DNA from: Bacilli bacterium
GTDB taxonomy: Bacteria > Bacillota_I > Bacilli_A > RF39 > UBA660
Length of the DNA stretch: 50,415 bases
Direction of reading: 5' to 3'
NCBI GenBank assembly: GCA_017432665.1
Contig: JAFRIS010000027.1
Coordinates: forward strand, 1-50,415
Numbering within the stretch: the stretch's first letter is position 1; each line of letters begins with the position of its first letter. Under the pieces are notes generated by a model. That model was not told the origin of the DNA. It did not search any database and saw nothing but the letters and a program-made list of their open reading frames with translations. A program made the position numbers and the translations under genes. Positions 19,608 through 30,070 of the stretch are shown here, piece by piece.

Positions 19608-21019
19608 AATAGGATTAAAACTAGTCTTATGATTAATAAGAATAAACTAGTTTCAGCACGGGTATTAGGTACCGGTATTCTTAAATCTTTTAGCTCTATT
19701 CTTTCTTCTTCATTATCACTTACTTCTACAGTAAATGGTTCTATTTTAGAATAACCATCAGTAGAATTAATTTGAACAATCTTATATTTTCCATAAGGAA
19801 GAGTAATTTCTATGAGACCATTTTCATCAGTAATCACAGTTTCAATTAACTCATCATTACTATTAAAAATATTAAAACTAATATTTTCTTCATTCATAAG
19901 TTTGTTGTTATCACCATATTTTTTCTCGATAATAATCTTTTTTTCAATTACTTTATTTTCTAAAGTTAATTGTATTGTTGGATTATTCTCAGCAATATTA
20001 ATTTCATACTTATTAGTATCTAGAGTATACCCAATACCTGGGGTATCTTCTAGAAGGTAATATTTACCGAAGTCTATATTATTTAAAACATCGTAATTAT
20101 CATTGATAGTGAATGTATGAATTAAATTATCATTCGTATCATATAATTTATAAACAGCCCCATCTAAAGTAGCTTCTCCTCTAGGAGTGGTTGATTTATT
20201 GTCTTGATCTATCTTAGATAGTTCTATTTTAGTATGAATAGCTTTTACCTTAAATGAAGCATTTAAATCATTTAAATCACCATAATTCACTAGATTTTGA
20301 CTACCATTGGCTTGATAAAAAATGATTGGTTTATTATAGTAATTATCTTGCTTAGTAAATGTATAATTATAGTTACCTTCCTTAATATTATTTAGAGTTA
20401 TTTTATTATCAGTAATAGTTAAATTATCATTTGATTTGAAACTAGTAATAATATTATTAGTATCTTCAACAACTAAGTTATTTCCCTCAATCACAGTATA
20501 TGTTTTGTTATTAAAAGATGGTAATTTATCATATTCTTTTATTAAATTATTAATTTCTTGTATTTCACTTTGATATGGGTTAATTCTAGGACCATTTAGA
20601 CCATCAGTAAAGTAGTAATCTCCAGAAGTATCAGCAGTTTGCCAAATCATTAATTGTGTAATAGCATACCATTTAGTTGTATTATGTTTTTTATAGCCCA
20701 AACCAAAGTGAGCTATTTTAGAAATTCTATCTATTTGAGCTTTAGATAGATTTCTAGGATTAACTGTGGGGGTATAATTCTTATTTTCATCAAAAAAAAC
20801 AAAAGGTTCAAGGCAATAAGCCATTGCATGATCATTAGTTCTTCTAAAAACACGAGCTTGTTGGTAATAGATAGTATTAGTAGAGTATTGGTATTTATTC
20901 ATATAAATATCAGATATATATTCTGCTTCAAAGAAACTTTCAGCATGAACATCAGTAATGAAAATAAAGCTTGAAAATATACTAAAGAGAAGTATTAAGA
21001 AAAATTTAAATTTATTTAT
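19604..21019 (-). CDS. Thioester-domain (TED) adhesin with SpaA/Cna-B domains and VPNT sorting signal; probable ATA start
   Basis: AYCLEP, TQLMIW, SQNLV; LDGAVYKLY and YYLLED..GY SpaA motifs; PVPNT plus hydrophobic tail. Frame is open 39 codons upstream of the ATG at 20902, encoding a signal peptide behind GGAGG. Confidence 0.8.
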   Translation of the reverse strand: MNKFKFFLILLFSIFSSFIFITDVHAESFFEAEYISDIYMNKYQYSTNTIYYQQARVFRRTNDHAMAYCLEPFVFFDENKNYTPTVNPRNLSKAQIDRISKIAHFGLGYKKHNTTKWYAITQLMIWQTADTSGDYYFTDGLNGPRINPYQSEIQEINNLIKEYDKLPSFNNKTYTVIEGNNLVVEDTNNIITSFKSNDNLTITDNKITLNNIKEGNYNYTFTKQDNYYNKPIIFYQANGSQNLVNYGDLNDLNASFKVKAIHTKIELSKIDQDNKSTTPRGEATLDGAVYKLYDTNDNLIHTFTINDNYDVLNNIDFGKYYLLEDTPGIGYTLDTNKYEINIAENNPTIQLTLENKVIEKKIIIEKKYGDNNKLMNEENISFNIFNSNDELIETVITDENGLIEITLPYGKYKIVQINSTDGYSKIEPFTVEVSDNEEERIELKDLRIPVPNTRAETSLFLLIIRLVLILL

Positions 21020-21214
21020 AGTATCCCTCCTTTTTTCTTAATAGTTTAGAGGATAACACCAGTATTTTTATTATGCAAATGCTACTTTCTTATTATTTAT
21101 TAATTTATGTTTATGAAAAATTAAAATTCTCTTAGAGAATTATTAATATTAAAATAAGTAGATATCTAGAATAAAAAGTTCATAGTTGTGGTATAATATG
21201 AAAGAGGTGATATT

Positions 21215-22825
21215 ATGGATGACATAGAAATATCAAAAAGTAGTAAAAAAGATAATATTATCGATGTAGCAAAGAGTATTGGTATAAAGAAAGATGATTT
21301 AATCTTATATGGTGATTATAAAGCTAAATTAAAAGTTAATTTAGATAATCCTAAGGGTAAACTTATTCTAGTAACAGCGATTAGTCCTACGCCATTTGGA
21401 GAGGGGAAAACAACTGTTAGTATTGGCTTAAGTGATGCTTTACATAGAATGAATAAGAAAGTAATAGGAACTCTAAGAGAACCATCTATGGGACCAGTAT
21501 TTGGTATGAAAGGTGGAGCTACTGGTGGAGGATATAGTCAAGTAGTTCCAATGGAAGATATTAATCTTCATTTTACCGGAGACTTTCATGCAATTACTTC
21601 TGCAAATAATTTAATTTGTGCGGCAATAGATAATCATATTTATTTTGGCAATAGTTTAGATATTCAAGAAGTAACATTTAATAGATGCTTAGACGTTAAT
21701 GATCGTGCATTAAGAAGTGTTGATTTAGGTACTAGAAGTGATTCGTTTTCAATTACATCTGCAAGTGAAGTAATGGCTTTATTTTGTTTAGCTACTTCTC
21801 TAGAAGATTTAAGAAAGAGACTAGGAGATATTATTGTCGGTATTAATAGTAAAGGTAATTATGTTTATGTTAGAGACTTAAATATTGAGGGATCTTTAGT
21901 GGCTTTACTAAGAGATGCTTTCTTACCAAATTTAGTTCAAACATTAGAACATACTCCGGTATTAATTCATGGTGGACCTTTTGCTAATATAGCTCATGGT
22001 TGTAATAGTGTTGTTTCAACTAAAACAGCTTTATCTCTTGCAGATTATGTAGTAACAGAAGCTGGCTTCGGAGCAGATTTAGGTGCAGAAAAGTTCTTTA
22101 ATATTATGTGTAGGGTAGGTAATCTAAAACCAAATGCAGTTGTTTTAGTCGCAACTATTAAGGCTTTAAAGTATCATGGAGGAGTTCCTAAGGATGAAAT
22201 CTTTAATGATAACATAGAAGCTCTAAAGAAAGGTTTTGCTAATTTAGATAAGCACTATGAAAATCTTAAGAAATTTGGAGTTAATGTAGTAGTATGTTTA
22301 AATAAATATGATACTGATACTTCAGAAGAAATTGAAGTATTTAAAGAACATTGCCAATCTAAGAATTATAAGTATGCGATTAGTAATGCTTATAGTACTG
22401 GTGGAGAAGGAGCTATTGAATTAGCAAATCAAGTATTAGAATTACCTGATAATGACTTTAAGACTCTATATGATACAGACTTAAGTCTTGTTGAAAAAAT
22501 AAATATTATCTGTAAGGATATTTATGGAGCTAGTAAAGTTAATATTAGTGATGAAATGATGAATAAAATTAAAGCAATTGAATCTAACAATATGGATAAA
22601 CTTCCTATCTGTATAGCTAAAACACAATATTCACTATCAGATGATGCTAAAAAAGTTGGAGTTCCAACTAATTTTGAAGTTAATATAAAAGATGTTAGGT
22701 TATATGGAGGGGCTGCTTTCATCACAGTATTACTTGGTAATATAATGACTATGCCAGGTTTATCTCGTAAGCCTAATTGTGAACTTATCGATGTCATTGA
22801 TGGAGAAATAGTTAATTTAAGTTAA
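21215..22825 (+). CDS. fhs: Formate--tetrahydrofolate ligase
   Basis: GEGKTT, KGGATGGGYSQV, HGGPFANIAHG, VTEAGFGADLG. Confidence 0.97.
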   Translation: MDDIEISKSSKKDNIIDVAKSIGIKKDDLILYGDYKAKLKVNLDNPKGKLILVTAISPTPFGEGKTTVSIGLSDALHRMNKKVIGTLREPSMGPVFGMKGGATGGGYSQVVPMEDINLHFTGDFHAITSANNLICAAIDNHIYFGNSLDIQEVTFNRCLDVNDRALRSVDLGTRSDSFSITSASEVMALFCLATSLEDLRKRLGDIIVGINSKGNYVYVRDLNIEGSLVALLRDAFLPNLVQTLEHTPVLIHGGPFANIAHGCNSVVSTKTALSLADYVVTEAGFGADLGAEKFFNIMCRVGNLKPNAVVLVATIKALKYHGGVPKDEIFNDNIEALKKGFANLDKHYENLKKFGVNVVVCLNKYDTDTSEEIEVFKEHCQSKNYKYAISNAYSTGGEGAIELANQVLELPDNDFKTLYDTDLSLVEKINIICKDIYGASKVNISDEMMNKIKAIESNNMDKLPICIAKTQYSLSDDAKKVGVPTNFEVNIKDVRLYGGAAFITVLLGNIMTMPGLSRKPNCELIDVIDGEIVNLS

Positions 22826-22835
22826 AAAAAAGAAA

Positions 22836-23603
22836 CTACTCAGTAGTTTCTTTTGCTTTTTCTATACATGTCTTAGTAGCTGCATCATATTCTTTAGTTA
22901 AATCTGAGCAAACACATTTACCATCTTTTTCAGGAGCTTCAGTAGGACAACTTTCAGTTGTCTTTGTCATTACTGTTGGTCCTAAAGATTGGATAATTAT
23001 TTTACCTTGGTATTTAGTACCTTTATAAGTAATATAATAATCATAAGTACCAGCAGTGGCATTATCTACCTTTGATAAATCTAATGTAAGATTGTTATAT
23101 ACTTCATTTGATATTTTCTCATTAATATAAGATCTAGGGTTAGTTGATAAAGCATCCCCAACTTTTAATGTTACTGTTTTTAAAGTGAATGTTACATTAG
23201 GTAATTCTTTTTCTTTTACTGTGATTTTTCCAATATACTTTTTCTTTTTATAAGTAATAGTATATTGATATTCTCCAGCTTGATTAATATTTACTAAAGA
23301 AGTATCTAATTTTAATGCTCTTAGCACTTTATCATCTAATTTATCAGCATCTTCTAAGTAATCTTTTACCTCAACACTAATTGGATTGTTTATTTCAATA
23401 GTTAAATCTTTTATTTTAATTTCATTTGTTTTTGCTTGAGCTTCAGGTATTTTTCTAGCTTTAACATCAAGTGAATATTCAGTATGAATAATAGGCTTTA
23501 TTTGTTTTTGCATAACAAAACCGCTGCCAATAAAAAACAAGCCCCATACAGCCATAACTATAGATAAAATAACTTTTTCTTTATTGTTAAACTTCATAGC
23601 CAT
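22836..23603 (-). CDS. Membrane-anchored protein with two Ig-like repeats and a Cys-rich tail
   Basis: Repeated LD[T/L]S.V...AG.Y.Y.ITYK unit; N-terminal TM. Confidence 0.65.
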   Translation of the reverse strand: MAMKFNNKEKVILSIVMAVWGLFFIGSGFVMQKQIKPIIHTEYSLDVKARKIPEAQAKTNEIKIKDLTIEINNPISVEVKDYLEDADKLDDKVLRALKLDTSLVNINQAGEYQYTITYKKKKYIGKITVKEKELPNVTFTLKTVTLKVGDALSTNPRSYINEKISNEVYNNLTLDLSKVDNATAGTYDYYITYKGTKYQGKIIIQSLGPTVMTKTTESCPTEAPEKDGKCVCSDLTKEYDAATKTCIEKAKETTE

Positions 23604-23718
23604 TACTCCTACCTTATATTCATTATATTATATATTTTTTTTATAAACAAGAAAATAATTGTTTTTATTGAAAAATAAATGTATATATCATAGAATATAT
23701 AGTCAAAGAGGTGAGATT

Positions 23719-23985
23719 ATGGTATTTGTTTGGTTCATAATTTTTTTAATACTCTTAGTAATTGAATTAATGAATACTGATTTAAAAACTATTTGGTTTG
23801 TAGTAGGAGCATTAGCAGCAATGATTACAACGATATTTACAAATCTATTACTAATACAAATAGTTGTATTTATTATAGTAAGTGTGATTACTTTGGTAGT
23901 CACTAGACCGATAATAAGCAAAATAAAAGATTCTAAGAAAGTTATAATTAATAGTAAATCTATAAATAAGAAAAAGAAGAAGTAA
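23719..23985 (+). CDS. NfeD-like membrane protein (membrane part only)
   Basis: W...L.VIEL...IWF..GAL...QIVVF...TRP pattern; no OB domain follows. Confidence 0.65.
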   Translation: MVFVWFIIFLILLVIELMNTDLKTIWFVVGALAAMITTIFTNLLLIQIVVFIIVSVITLVVTRPIISKIKDSKKVIINSKSINKKKKK

Positions 23986-24002
23986 TACTTCTTCTTTTTT
24001 TA

Positions 24003-24935
24003 TCATAATTTATTTCCTTGATATGTATCTCTTTTAACCATTTCCTTATCAATGTCATTTAAAACAGTAAACTTTTTTATTAACCAAGTTGGTTCAATTA
24101 AGTCTTTTGGATCAGGATCCCCAGTAATTCTATGTATTACTATTTCTGGTCTTAAGTATTCTAATTGACTAATTACTATATCGATATATTCTTCTTTAGT
24201 AAGTACATGAAATTTCTCTTTTTCATATAATTCAGCTAAAGGAGTATCTTTAATGATACTAAGCATATGGATTTTGATACCTTGAATATCTAAATTGTTT
24301 AAATATTTAACAGTATTAAGCATATCTTCTTTAGTTTCATATGGTAATCCATTAATAATATGTACTACAACATTGATATTTCTCTCTCTTAGTTTATTTA
24401 CCATTTCTTCAAAACATTCTAGAGTGTGGCACCTATTAATTAATTTAGATGTTTTTCCATTAATGGTTTGAAGACCTAATTCAATAGTTAAATAAGTTCT
24501 TTTGTTTATATCAGCCAAATAGTCCAAACATTCATCAGTAATTGAATCAGCACGTGTCGCAATATTAAGTCCAATAACATTATCATATTTAATTACTGGT
24601 TCATATATTTCTTTTAGCTTTTCTACAGGGGCATAAGTATTAGTACGAGCTTGAAGATAAGCTATATACTTACCATCTTTCCATTTATGATGCATTATTT
24701 CTTTGATAGTATTGAATTGCTTTTCTATAGAATCTTTAACATCTCCAGCAAATTCACCACTACCAGTCTTAGAACAATAGATACAACCGCCATATCCAAC
24801 AGTACCATCTATATTTGGACAAGAAAAGCCAGCATTTAAACTTACTTTAAATACTTTAGAATTAAACTTAGTTTTATAAAAGTAATCTAAAGTATGATAT
24901 CTTTTGTTTGTATTTGAATATTTAAAATTATTCAT
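24003..24935 (-). CDS. TIGR01212 family radical SAM protein (YtqA/YhcC-like)
   Basis: CPNIDG...GGCIYC, ELGLQT, HIINGLP, IHRITGD. Confidence 0.92.
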   Translation of the reverse strand: MNNFKYSNTNKRYHTLDYFYKTKFNSKVFKVSLNAGFSCPNIDGTVGYGGCIYCSKTGSGEFAGDVKDSIEKQFNTIKEIMHHKWKDGKYIAYLQARTNTYAPVEKLKEIYEPVIKYDNVIGLNIATRADSITDECLDYLADINKRTYLTIELGLQTINGKTSKLINRCHTLECFEEMVNKLRERNINVVVHIINGLPYETKEDMLNTVKYLNNLDIQGIKIHMLSIIKDTPLAELYEKEKFHVLTKEEYIDIVISQLEYLRPEIVIHRITGDPDPKDLIEPTWLIKKFTVLNDIDKEMVKRDTYQGNKL

Positions 24936-25016
24936 CTTTATCACCTGAAACGCTTTAATAATAACATAGTATATAGTTTTATGCAATTTTGTGGTAAAAT
25001 AATAGTAGGTGAAAAT

Positions 25017-26150
25017 ATGGTGAAGAAGAAGATAAAGAGTATTAAAATAAAAGAACCTTATCTAGGCATATTTAAAATAATAGGTCTTATTCTTTGCATT
25101 GCCTTAATTATTTTAATTTTTTATCTCAAACAAATAAGTGATTTAACTAGACTTGATTACAGTAAAAAGGCCAGTAGGAATATCTTATTCTCTTGGCATA
25201 AAGATGATGTTTTAAAAGTGGGTAAGAACAAAACTTTAAATGCTGCGTTTGAAAGTCCTTATTTTAAAGAAAAATATATTAAAGAATATAGTTTAATTAA
25301 CTATGTTAATCATAAAAATCTAATTAAGAATATTAATAAATTATTAAAGATTGGCTATAGTACTAATGATATTAATATTATACTTAGTCATGGAAATGAT
25401 GATAGTGTTACTAATTTTATTAAAAAAGGAAAAGTTAGATACTTAGAAGAGTTTTATTCTTATGACTTTGCTAAATTAGATAACTATGATCGTTATGTTA
25501 AGTATGAAGATAAAACTGCTGAAGATGAAGAAATAGTAGTTATGTATGTTAATTTAGACTTAGATAAAGAAGACTATAAAGAAAGTATTCCTGTGACTAA
25601 GTTCTCTGAAACCATGCTAGTTAATAAACACCATCATTTGGATAAAAGCTTTGTACCTGACAATCTTGTTACTATTGGAACAAAATATGGTGCTGATAAA
25701 GAAACTAAGTGTTGCAAAGTGGCACTAGATGCTTTTATTGAGATGAGTAAAGCTGCTGAAAAAGAAGGCTATGGTATTTATATAAATTCTGCTTATCGTA
25801 GTTATCAAGATCAAGTAGATGTATCTAATCTATATTTAAAATCCTATGGTCAAGCATATGTTGATAAATTTGTGGCAAAGCCAGGTTATTCAGAACATCA
25901 AACAGGTTTAGCTTTAGATGTTGCTAGTAAAAATGCTAATGTATTTGCTAGTTCTAAAGAATACAAGTGGATGTTAGATAATGCTTACAAATATGGTTTT
26001 ATTCTAAGATTTACTAAAGCATATGAAGAAATAACAGGATTTAGAAATGAGCCATGGCATTATCGTTATGTTGGAAAGAAAGTAGCTAAAACTATTTATG
26101 AAGAAGATATGACCTTGGAAGAATACTATATAAAATACTTGAATAAGTAA
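25017..26150 (+). CDS. M15B (VanY/LdcB-like) D-Ala carboxypeptidase
   Basis: SAYRSY, PGYSEHQTGLALD, EPWHYRYVG; N-terminal TM. Confidence 0.9.
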   Translation: MVKKKIKSIKIKEPYLGIFKIIGLILCIALIILIFYLKQISDLTRLDYSKKASRNILFSWHKDDVLKVGKNKTLNAAFESPYFKEKYIKEYSLINYVNHKNLIKNINKLLKIGYSTNDINIILSHGNDDSVTNFIKKGKVRYLEEFYSYDFAKLDNYDRYVKYEDKTAEDEEIVVMYVNLDLDKEDYKESIPVTKFSETMLVNKHHHLDKSFVPDNLVTIGTKYGADKETKCCKVALDAFIEMSKAAEKEGYGIYINSAYRSYQDQVDVSNLYLKSYGQAYVDKFVAKPGYSEHQTGLALDVASKNANVFASSKEYKWMLDNAYKYGFILRFTKAYEEITGFRNEPWHYRYVGKKVAKTIYEEDMTLEEYYIKYLNK

Positions 26151-26241
26151 TAAAAAAGACTACAAAAAAAGTCTTTTTTTATATTGGTATTTTGAATTAA
26201 TTATGTTATTATATTAATAGAATAATAAGAAGGTGTTTGGT

Positions 26242-28662
26242 ATGTATCCACTTGGAAAACAATTTGAAGTAGATTATACAAAGGCTGTTAGTGATAAGAA
26301 AGCGGTAGTACAAGGGCCTAATTATAGAATTTCAGTTATTACTGAAAGAATAATTAGACTTGAGTTTTCACCTAATGGTCAATTTAATGATAAGCCAACG
26401 CAACTAATCAAAAAGCGTAATGTTGGAATACCAGATTTTTTTGTGCGTCAAGATGCCAATATTATGGAAGTTACAACTAAATACTTTTCTATGACATATA
26501 TTAAAGGACAGCCATTTGAAGCAAATGGTGTTGATAAAATGAAGAATTTAAAGATTACTCTTTTATCAAAAGATAGAGATAGAAATAAAGATTGGCACGT
26601 TGGTCATGCAGAAGCTAGAAATATGCTAGGAAATATGGCTGGGGTAGATCTTGGTATACCTAAGAATCTACAAAAAGGATTGTATTCATTAGATGGTTTC
26701 TGTTCTATAGATGATAGTATGACTAAATGTATTGAAAAAGATGGAACTTTATCAGATCCAATTCCTAATCATACTGATATTTATGTTTTTATGTATGATA
26801 GAGACTTTAAACAAGTACTATTTGATTATTTTAAAATGACAGGAACTCCTCCATTAATCCCAAGATACGCTTTGGGTAACTGGTGGAGTAGAAATATAGA
26901 ATATGATGATCGTAAGATTGCAGATTTAATTAGAAAATTTGAAAGAAAGAAGATACCTTTAGCAGTTATGTTATTTGATCATGATTGGCATATTAGAAAT
27001 GCAGAAAATGTTAAAGATTTAAAAACAGGATTTACTTTCAATAATGGTCTAATTAAAGATCCTAAGCTTATGATTAATGAATTCCATAAGAGAGGAATTA
27101 GAGTAGGTTTATGTGTTAATCCAACAAATGGTATTTATCCACATGAAGAACATTATAAAGAAGCTATAGAGGCTCTAGGATTACAATCACCTACAGTTAT
27201 TCAATTTGATCCGTTAAATCCTAAATTATTGGATGTATTATTTAAAATGTTCCTACATCCATTAGAAGCTCTAGGAGTAGATTTCTTCTGGAATGATTCG
27301 GATGGTGGAAAAGATATTAATAAATTATGGGCACTAAATCATTATATGTATATTGATTCTGGAAGGAATAATGAAAAAAGACCATTATTACTTGCTCGCG
27401 GTAGTGTTTATGCCCCACATAGATATCCAGTCGCATATGGTGGCTCTAGTGAAATAAGTTGGAAAAACTTAAAACAATTACCATTTATGTACTTAAATGC
27501 TTCAAATATTGGAGTTAGTTGGTGGAGCCATGATGTTGGTGGTAATCATGGTGGTATCGAAGATGGAGAATTATACATAAGATATGTTCAACTTAGTACT
27601 TTTGGACCTATTCTTAGATTCCATGGTGCTAGAGGTAGATATTATAAAAAGGAACCATGGTTATGGGATGCCAAAACAGAAAATATAGCGGCTGACTATT
27701 TAAGATTAAGACATAGATTAATTCCATATTTATATACAGAAGCATATAACTATACTAAGAGTGGTACACCACTTATTCAACCATTCTATTATAACTATAT
27801 GTGGGTATATGATGATGAATTATATAGGAATCAATACTATTTAGGATCACAATTACTAGTATGTCCAATACTAGAACCGAAAGATCCTGTAATGAATCGT
27901 AGTATTCATAGATTCTTTGTACCAGATGGAACATGGTATGACTTTGTTACTGGTAAAAAGTTTCCTGGTAATAAGAAATATGTTTCATTCTTTAAAGAAG
28001 ATGATTATCCAGTATTTGCTCATTCTGGTTCAATAATTCCATTCTCTAATAGAAGTGATTATAACAATATCGGACTTCCTACAGATTTAGAGATTCAAAT
28101 ATTCCCAGGAGCAAGTAATACATATACATTATATGAAGATGATGGAATATCTTCTTTATATAGAGAAGGATACTTCCTAAAGACTTCTATTGACTATAAC
28201 TATTTAAGAAATAACTATACAGTTATAATTCGTTCAATAGATGGTAAAAGTGGTATAGTACCAGAAAAAAGAAACTATAAAATGGTATTTAGAAATACTA
28301 AACAAGCAGAAAGTGTTACTATTTATTATAATTCTGAGAAATTAGAATCAGAAAACTATGTTGATGGTAATGACTTCGTAGTTGAAGTTAAGAATGTTCC
28401 TACTATTGGACAATTAACTATTAACTGTAAAGGAAAAGACATTGAAATAGATGCTGTACGTCTTATTAATGATGACTTAGATAGTATCTTAATGGACTTA
28501 AAGATAGAAACTTATTTAAAGGAAGAAATCGCAAAAATTATCTTTGGAAATCTACCTATCAATAAGAAAAGAATTGAAGTTCGTAAATTAAAGAATAAGG
28601 GGTTATCTAAAGAATATATGAATTTATTCTTGAAATTGTTAGACTATATTAATGAATTTTAG
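26242..28662 (+). CDS. Glycoside hydrolase family 31 protein
   Basis: PRYALGNWWSR, DHDWH, HRYP, WWSHDVGG, LRHRLIPYLY, LYEDDG. Confidence 0.88.
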   Translation: MYPLGKQFEVDYTKAVSDKKAVVQGPNYRISVITERIIRLEFSPNGQFNDKPTQLIKKRNVGIPDFFVRQDANIMEVTTKYFSMTYIKGQPFEANGVDKMKNLKITLLSKDRDRNKDWHVGHAEARNMLGNMAGVDLGIPKNLQKGLYSLDGFCSIDDSMTKCIEKDGTLSDPIPNHTDIYVFMYDRDFKQVLFDYFKMTGTPPLIPRYALGNWWSRNIEYDDRKIADLIRKFERKKIPLAVMLFDHDWHIRNAENVKDLKTGFTFNNGLIKDPKLMINEFHKRGIRVGLCVNPTNGIYPHEEHYKEAIEALGLQSPTVIQFDPLNPKLLDVLFKMFLHPLEALGVDFFWNDSDGGKDINKLWALNHYMYIDSGRNNEKRPLLLARGSVYAPHRYPVAYGGSSEISWKNLKQLPFMYLNASNIGVSWWSHDVGGNHGGIEDGELYIRYVQLSTFGPILRFHGARGRYYKKEPWLWDAKTENIAADYLRLRHRLIPYLYTEAYNYTKSGTPLIQPFYYNYMWVYDDELYRNQYYLGSQLLVCPILEPKDPVMNRSIHRFFVPDGTWYDFVTGKKFPGNKKYVSFFKEDDYPVFAHSGSIIPFSNRSDYNNIGLPTDLEIQIFPGASNTYTLYEDDGISSLYREGYFLKTSIDYNYLRNNYTVIIRSIDGKSGIVPEKRNYKMVFRNTKQAESVTIYYNSEKLESENYVDGNDFVVEVKNVPTIGQLTINCKGKDIEIDAVRLINDDLDSILMDLKIETYLKEEIAKIIFGNLPINKKRIEVRKLKNKGLSKEYMNLFLKLLDYINEF

Positions 28663-28671
28663 GAGTTTGGT

Positions 28672-29457
28672 ATGGAAAATATTAAAGAAAAAAGACTTGT
28701 TAGATTATTAGATGCTACTCTTTTATATCATTGTGAAGAAATTACTTTATTAGATGATACTTCTCTTTATGATGCTATGTTTAAGTATCTAGAAGAAGGC
28801 GAATTAGATAGAGTATTTCTTTGTCCAAAGTTAAAAGATGCATCTAAAGAAGAAAGAAAAAAAGCTCTTGATATAGCTAGAAAACACTCTTATTTATGTT
28901 TTTACGAAGGAAATAGAAATTTTTGGGAAGATTCAGCAGAAGGTTATAAGCCAGGGTTCTTTTCAGAGTTTATAGCTGAAGAAATACTAGATAATTATAA
29001 TTTCTTAGTAGAATTAGCTCATGAAAAGGGAGAAACTGCTGTTGAAGAATTAACTAATTTCGTTAGTGAAGAAATGGCTATAGAAAGCTCTGTAGTTGAT
29101 TATTTAAGAAATACTTTTAATAATGATAATTTATTAAAGGTATTATTAGATACTACTTCAAGAGAAGATAGTATTTATGGTGATTTAACACCTAAAAGAA
29201 AAAGAATACTTTATAAGTATCCAAAAGAAGTTCTATATACTGAATATCAAGAAATTGATGAATCTGATTTTATGATAATTCCTAAAGAAGAATTGTTTAA
29301 TAGAATTAGTATTGAAACAAATGATAGTACAGTATTAAGTATGAATAAATTATCTGAAATCGCTGATTATTTAGGAGATGAAGATTTTGAAAGAACAATT
29401 AGAAATGTTCATCTTTTGAATTCAGAAAGTAAAGAAACAGGTGCAAAACACCGATAA
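28672..29457 (+). CDS. Acidic hypothetical protein
   Basis: 261-aa ORF with aggag RBS; no recognised motif. Confidence 0.6.
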   Translation: MENIKEKRLVRLLDATLLYHCEEITLLDDTSLYDAMFKYLEEGELDRVFLCPKLKDASKEERKKALDIARKHSYLCFYEGNRNFWEDSAEGYKPGFFSEFIAEEILDNYNFLVELAHEKGETAVEELTNFVSEEMAIESSVVDYLRNTFNNDNLLKVLLDTTSREDSIYGDLTPKRKRILYKYPKEVLYTEYQEIDESDFMIIPKEELFNRISIETNDSTVLSMNKLSEIADYLGDEDFERTIRNVHLLNSESKETGAKHR

Positions 29458-29509
29458 TTACATTTTTACTTGGAATATTATAAATTTGTGTTATAATAAA
29501 CCTTGTATT

Positions 29510-29695
29510 TGTGATGAACAAGAAGTAGTAATAAAATAATTACTAATAGAGAGTCTATGTTTGGTGGAAATAGATAGTATAGTTTTATGAACTTGTCTTG
29601 GGAACAAAATGGGTAATTCCGTTATCGATTAGAGAGTATAATTTAAGGTGGTACCACGAATAATTCGTCCTTATGGGGATGAATTATTTTTTTTA
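29510..29695 (+). promoter_or_regulatory. T-box riboswitch (Leu)
   Basis: AGTA, AGAGA, GGTGGAA stem I motifs; specifier GAA-CTT; AAGGTGGTACCACG T-box; CGTCCTT antiterminator and terminator with T-run. Confidence 0.92.
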
Positions 29696-29704
29696 GGAGG
29701 ATTT

Positions 29705-30070
29705 ATGGAAGAAATAGTATTATTTATAGGTAGTTTTATCTTTGTATTTATTATTTATCAAATATTTATTGTTTCTAAAGCAAAAAAGAATAAAGAGAAG
29801 AAAAACAAAAGAGAACCTTTTGAGGTTATGTATCTGAAAAAGATGTATAAGAACTTAGATTTTAAAAAGATACCGTATAATCAATTACTTCAATTAATTG
29901 CTATAATATCGTCATTTGATATTAGTTTAATTGTAAGTATTGTAGTTCATATTAAGAATTTTTGGTTAGAAATAGTAATTGGATTTGCTTCTACTCTCTT
30001 AATCATTTTAATTAGTTATCACTTGATATATTTATTTTATAAGAGGAAAGGAATGATTAAAAATGGATAA
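29705..30070 (+). CDS. Small membrane protein co-transcribed with leuS
   Basis: ggagg RBS; three hydrophobic segments; overlaps the leuS start. Confidence 0.7.
   Translation: MEEIVLFIGSFIFVFIIYQIFIVSKAKKNKEKKNKREPFEVMYLKKMYKNLDFKKIPYNQLLQLIAIISSFDISLIVSIVVHIKNFWLEIVIGFASTLLIILISYHLIYLFYKRKGMIKNG

Noticed and set aside
25017-26150. Vancomycin resistance gene vanY
   Set aside because: No vanHAX/vanRS context; M15B carboxypeptidases are common housekeeping enzymes
29648-29704. Listed GTG start of the ORF before leuS
   Set aside because: Falls inside the T-box/terminator; the ATG at 29705 has a GGAGG RBS
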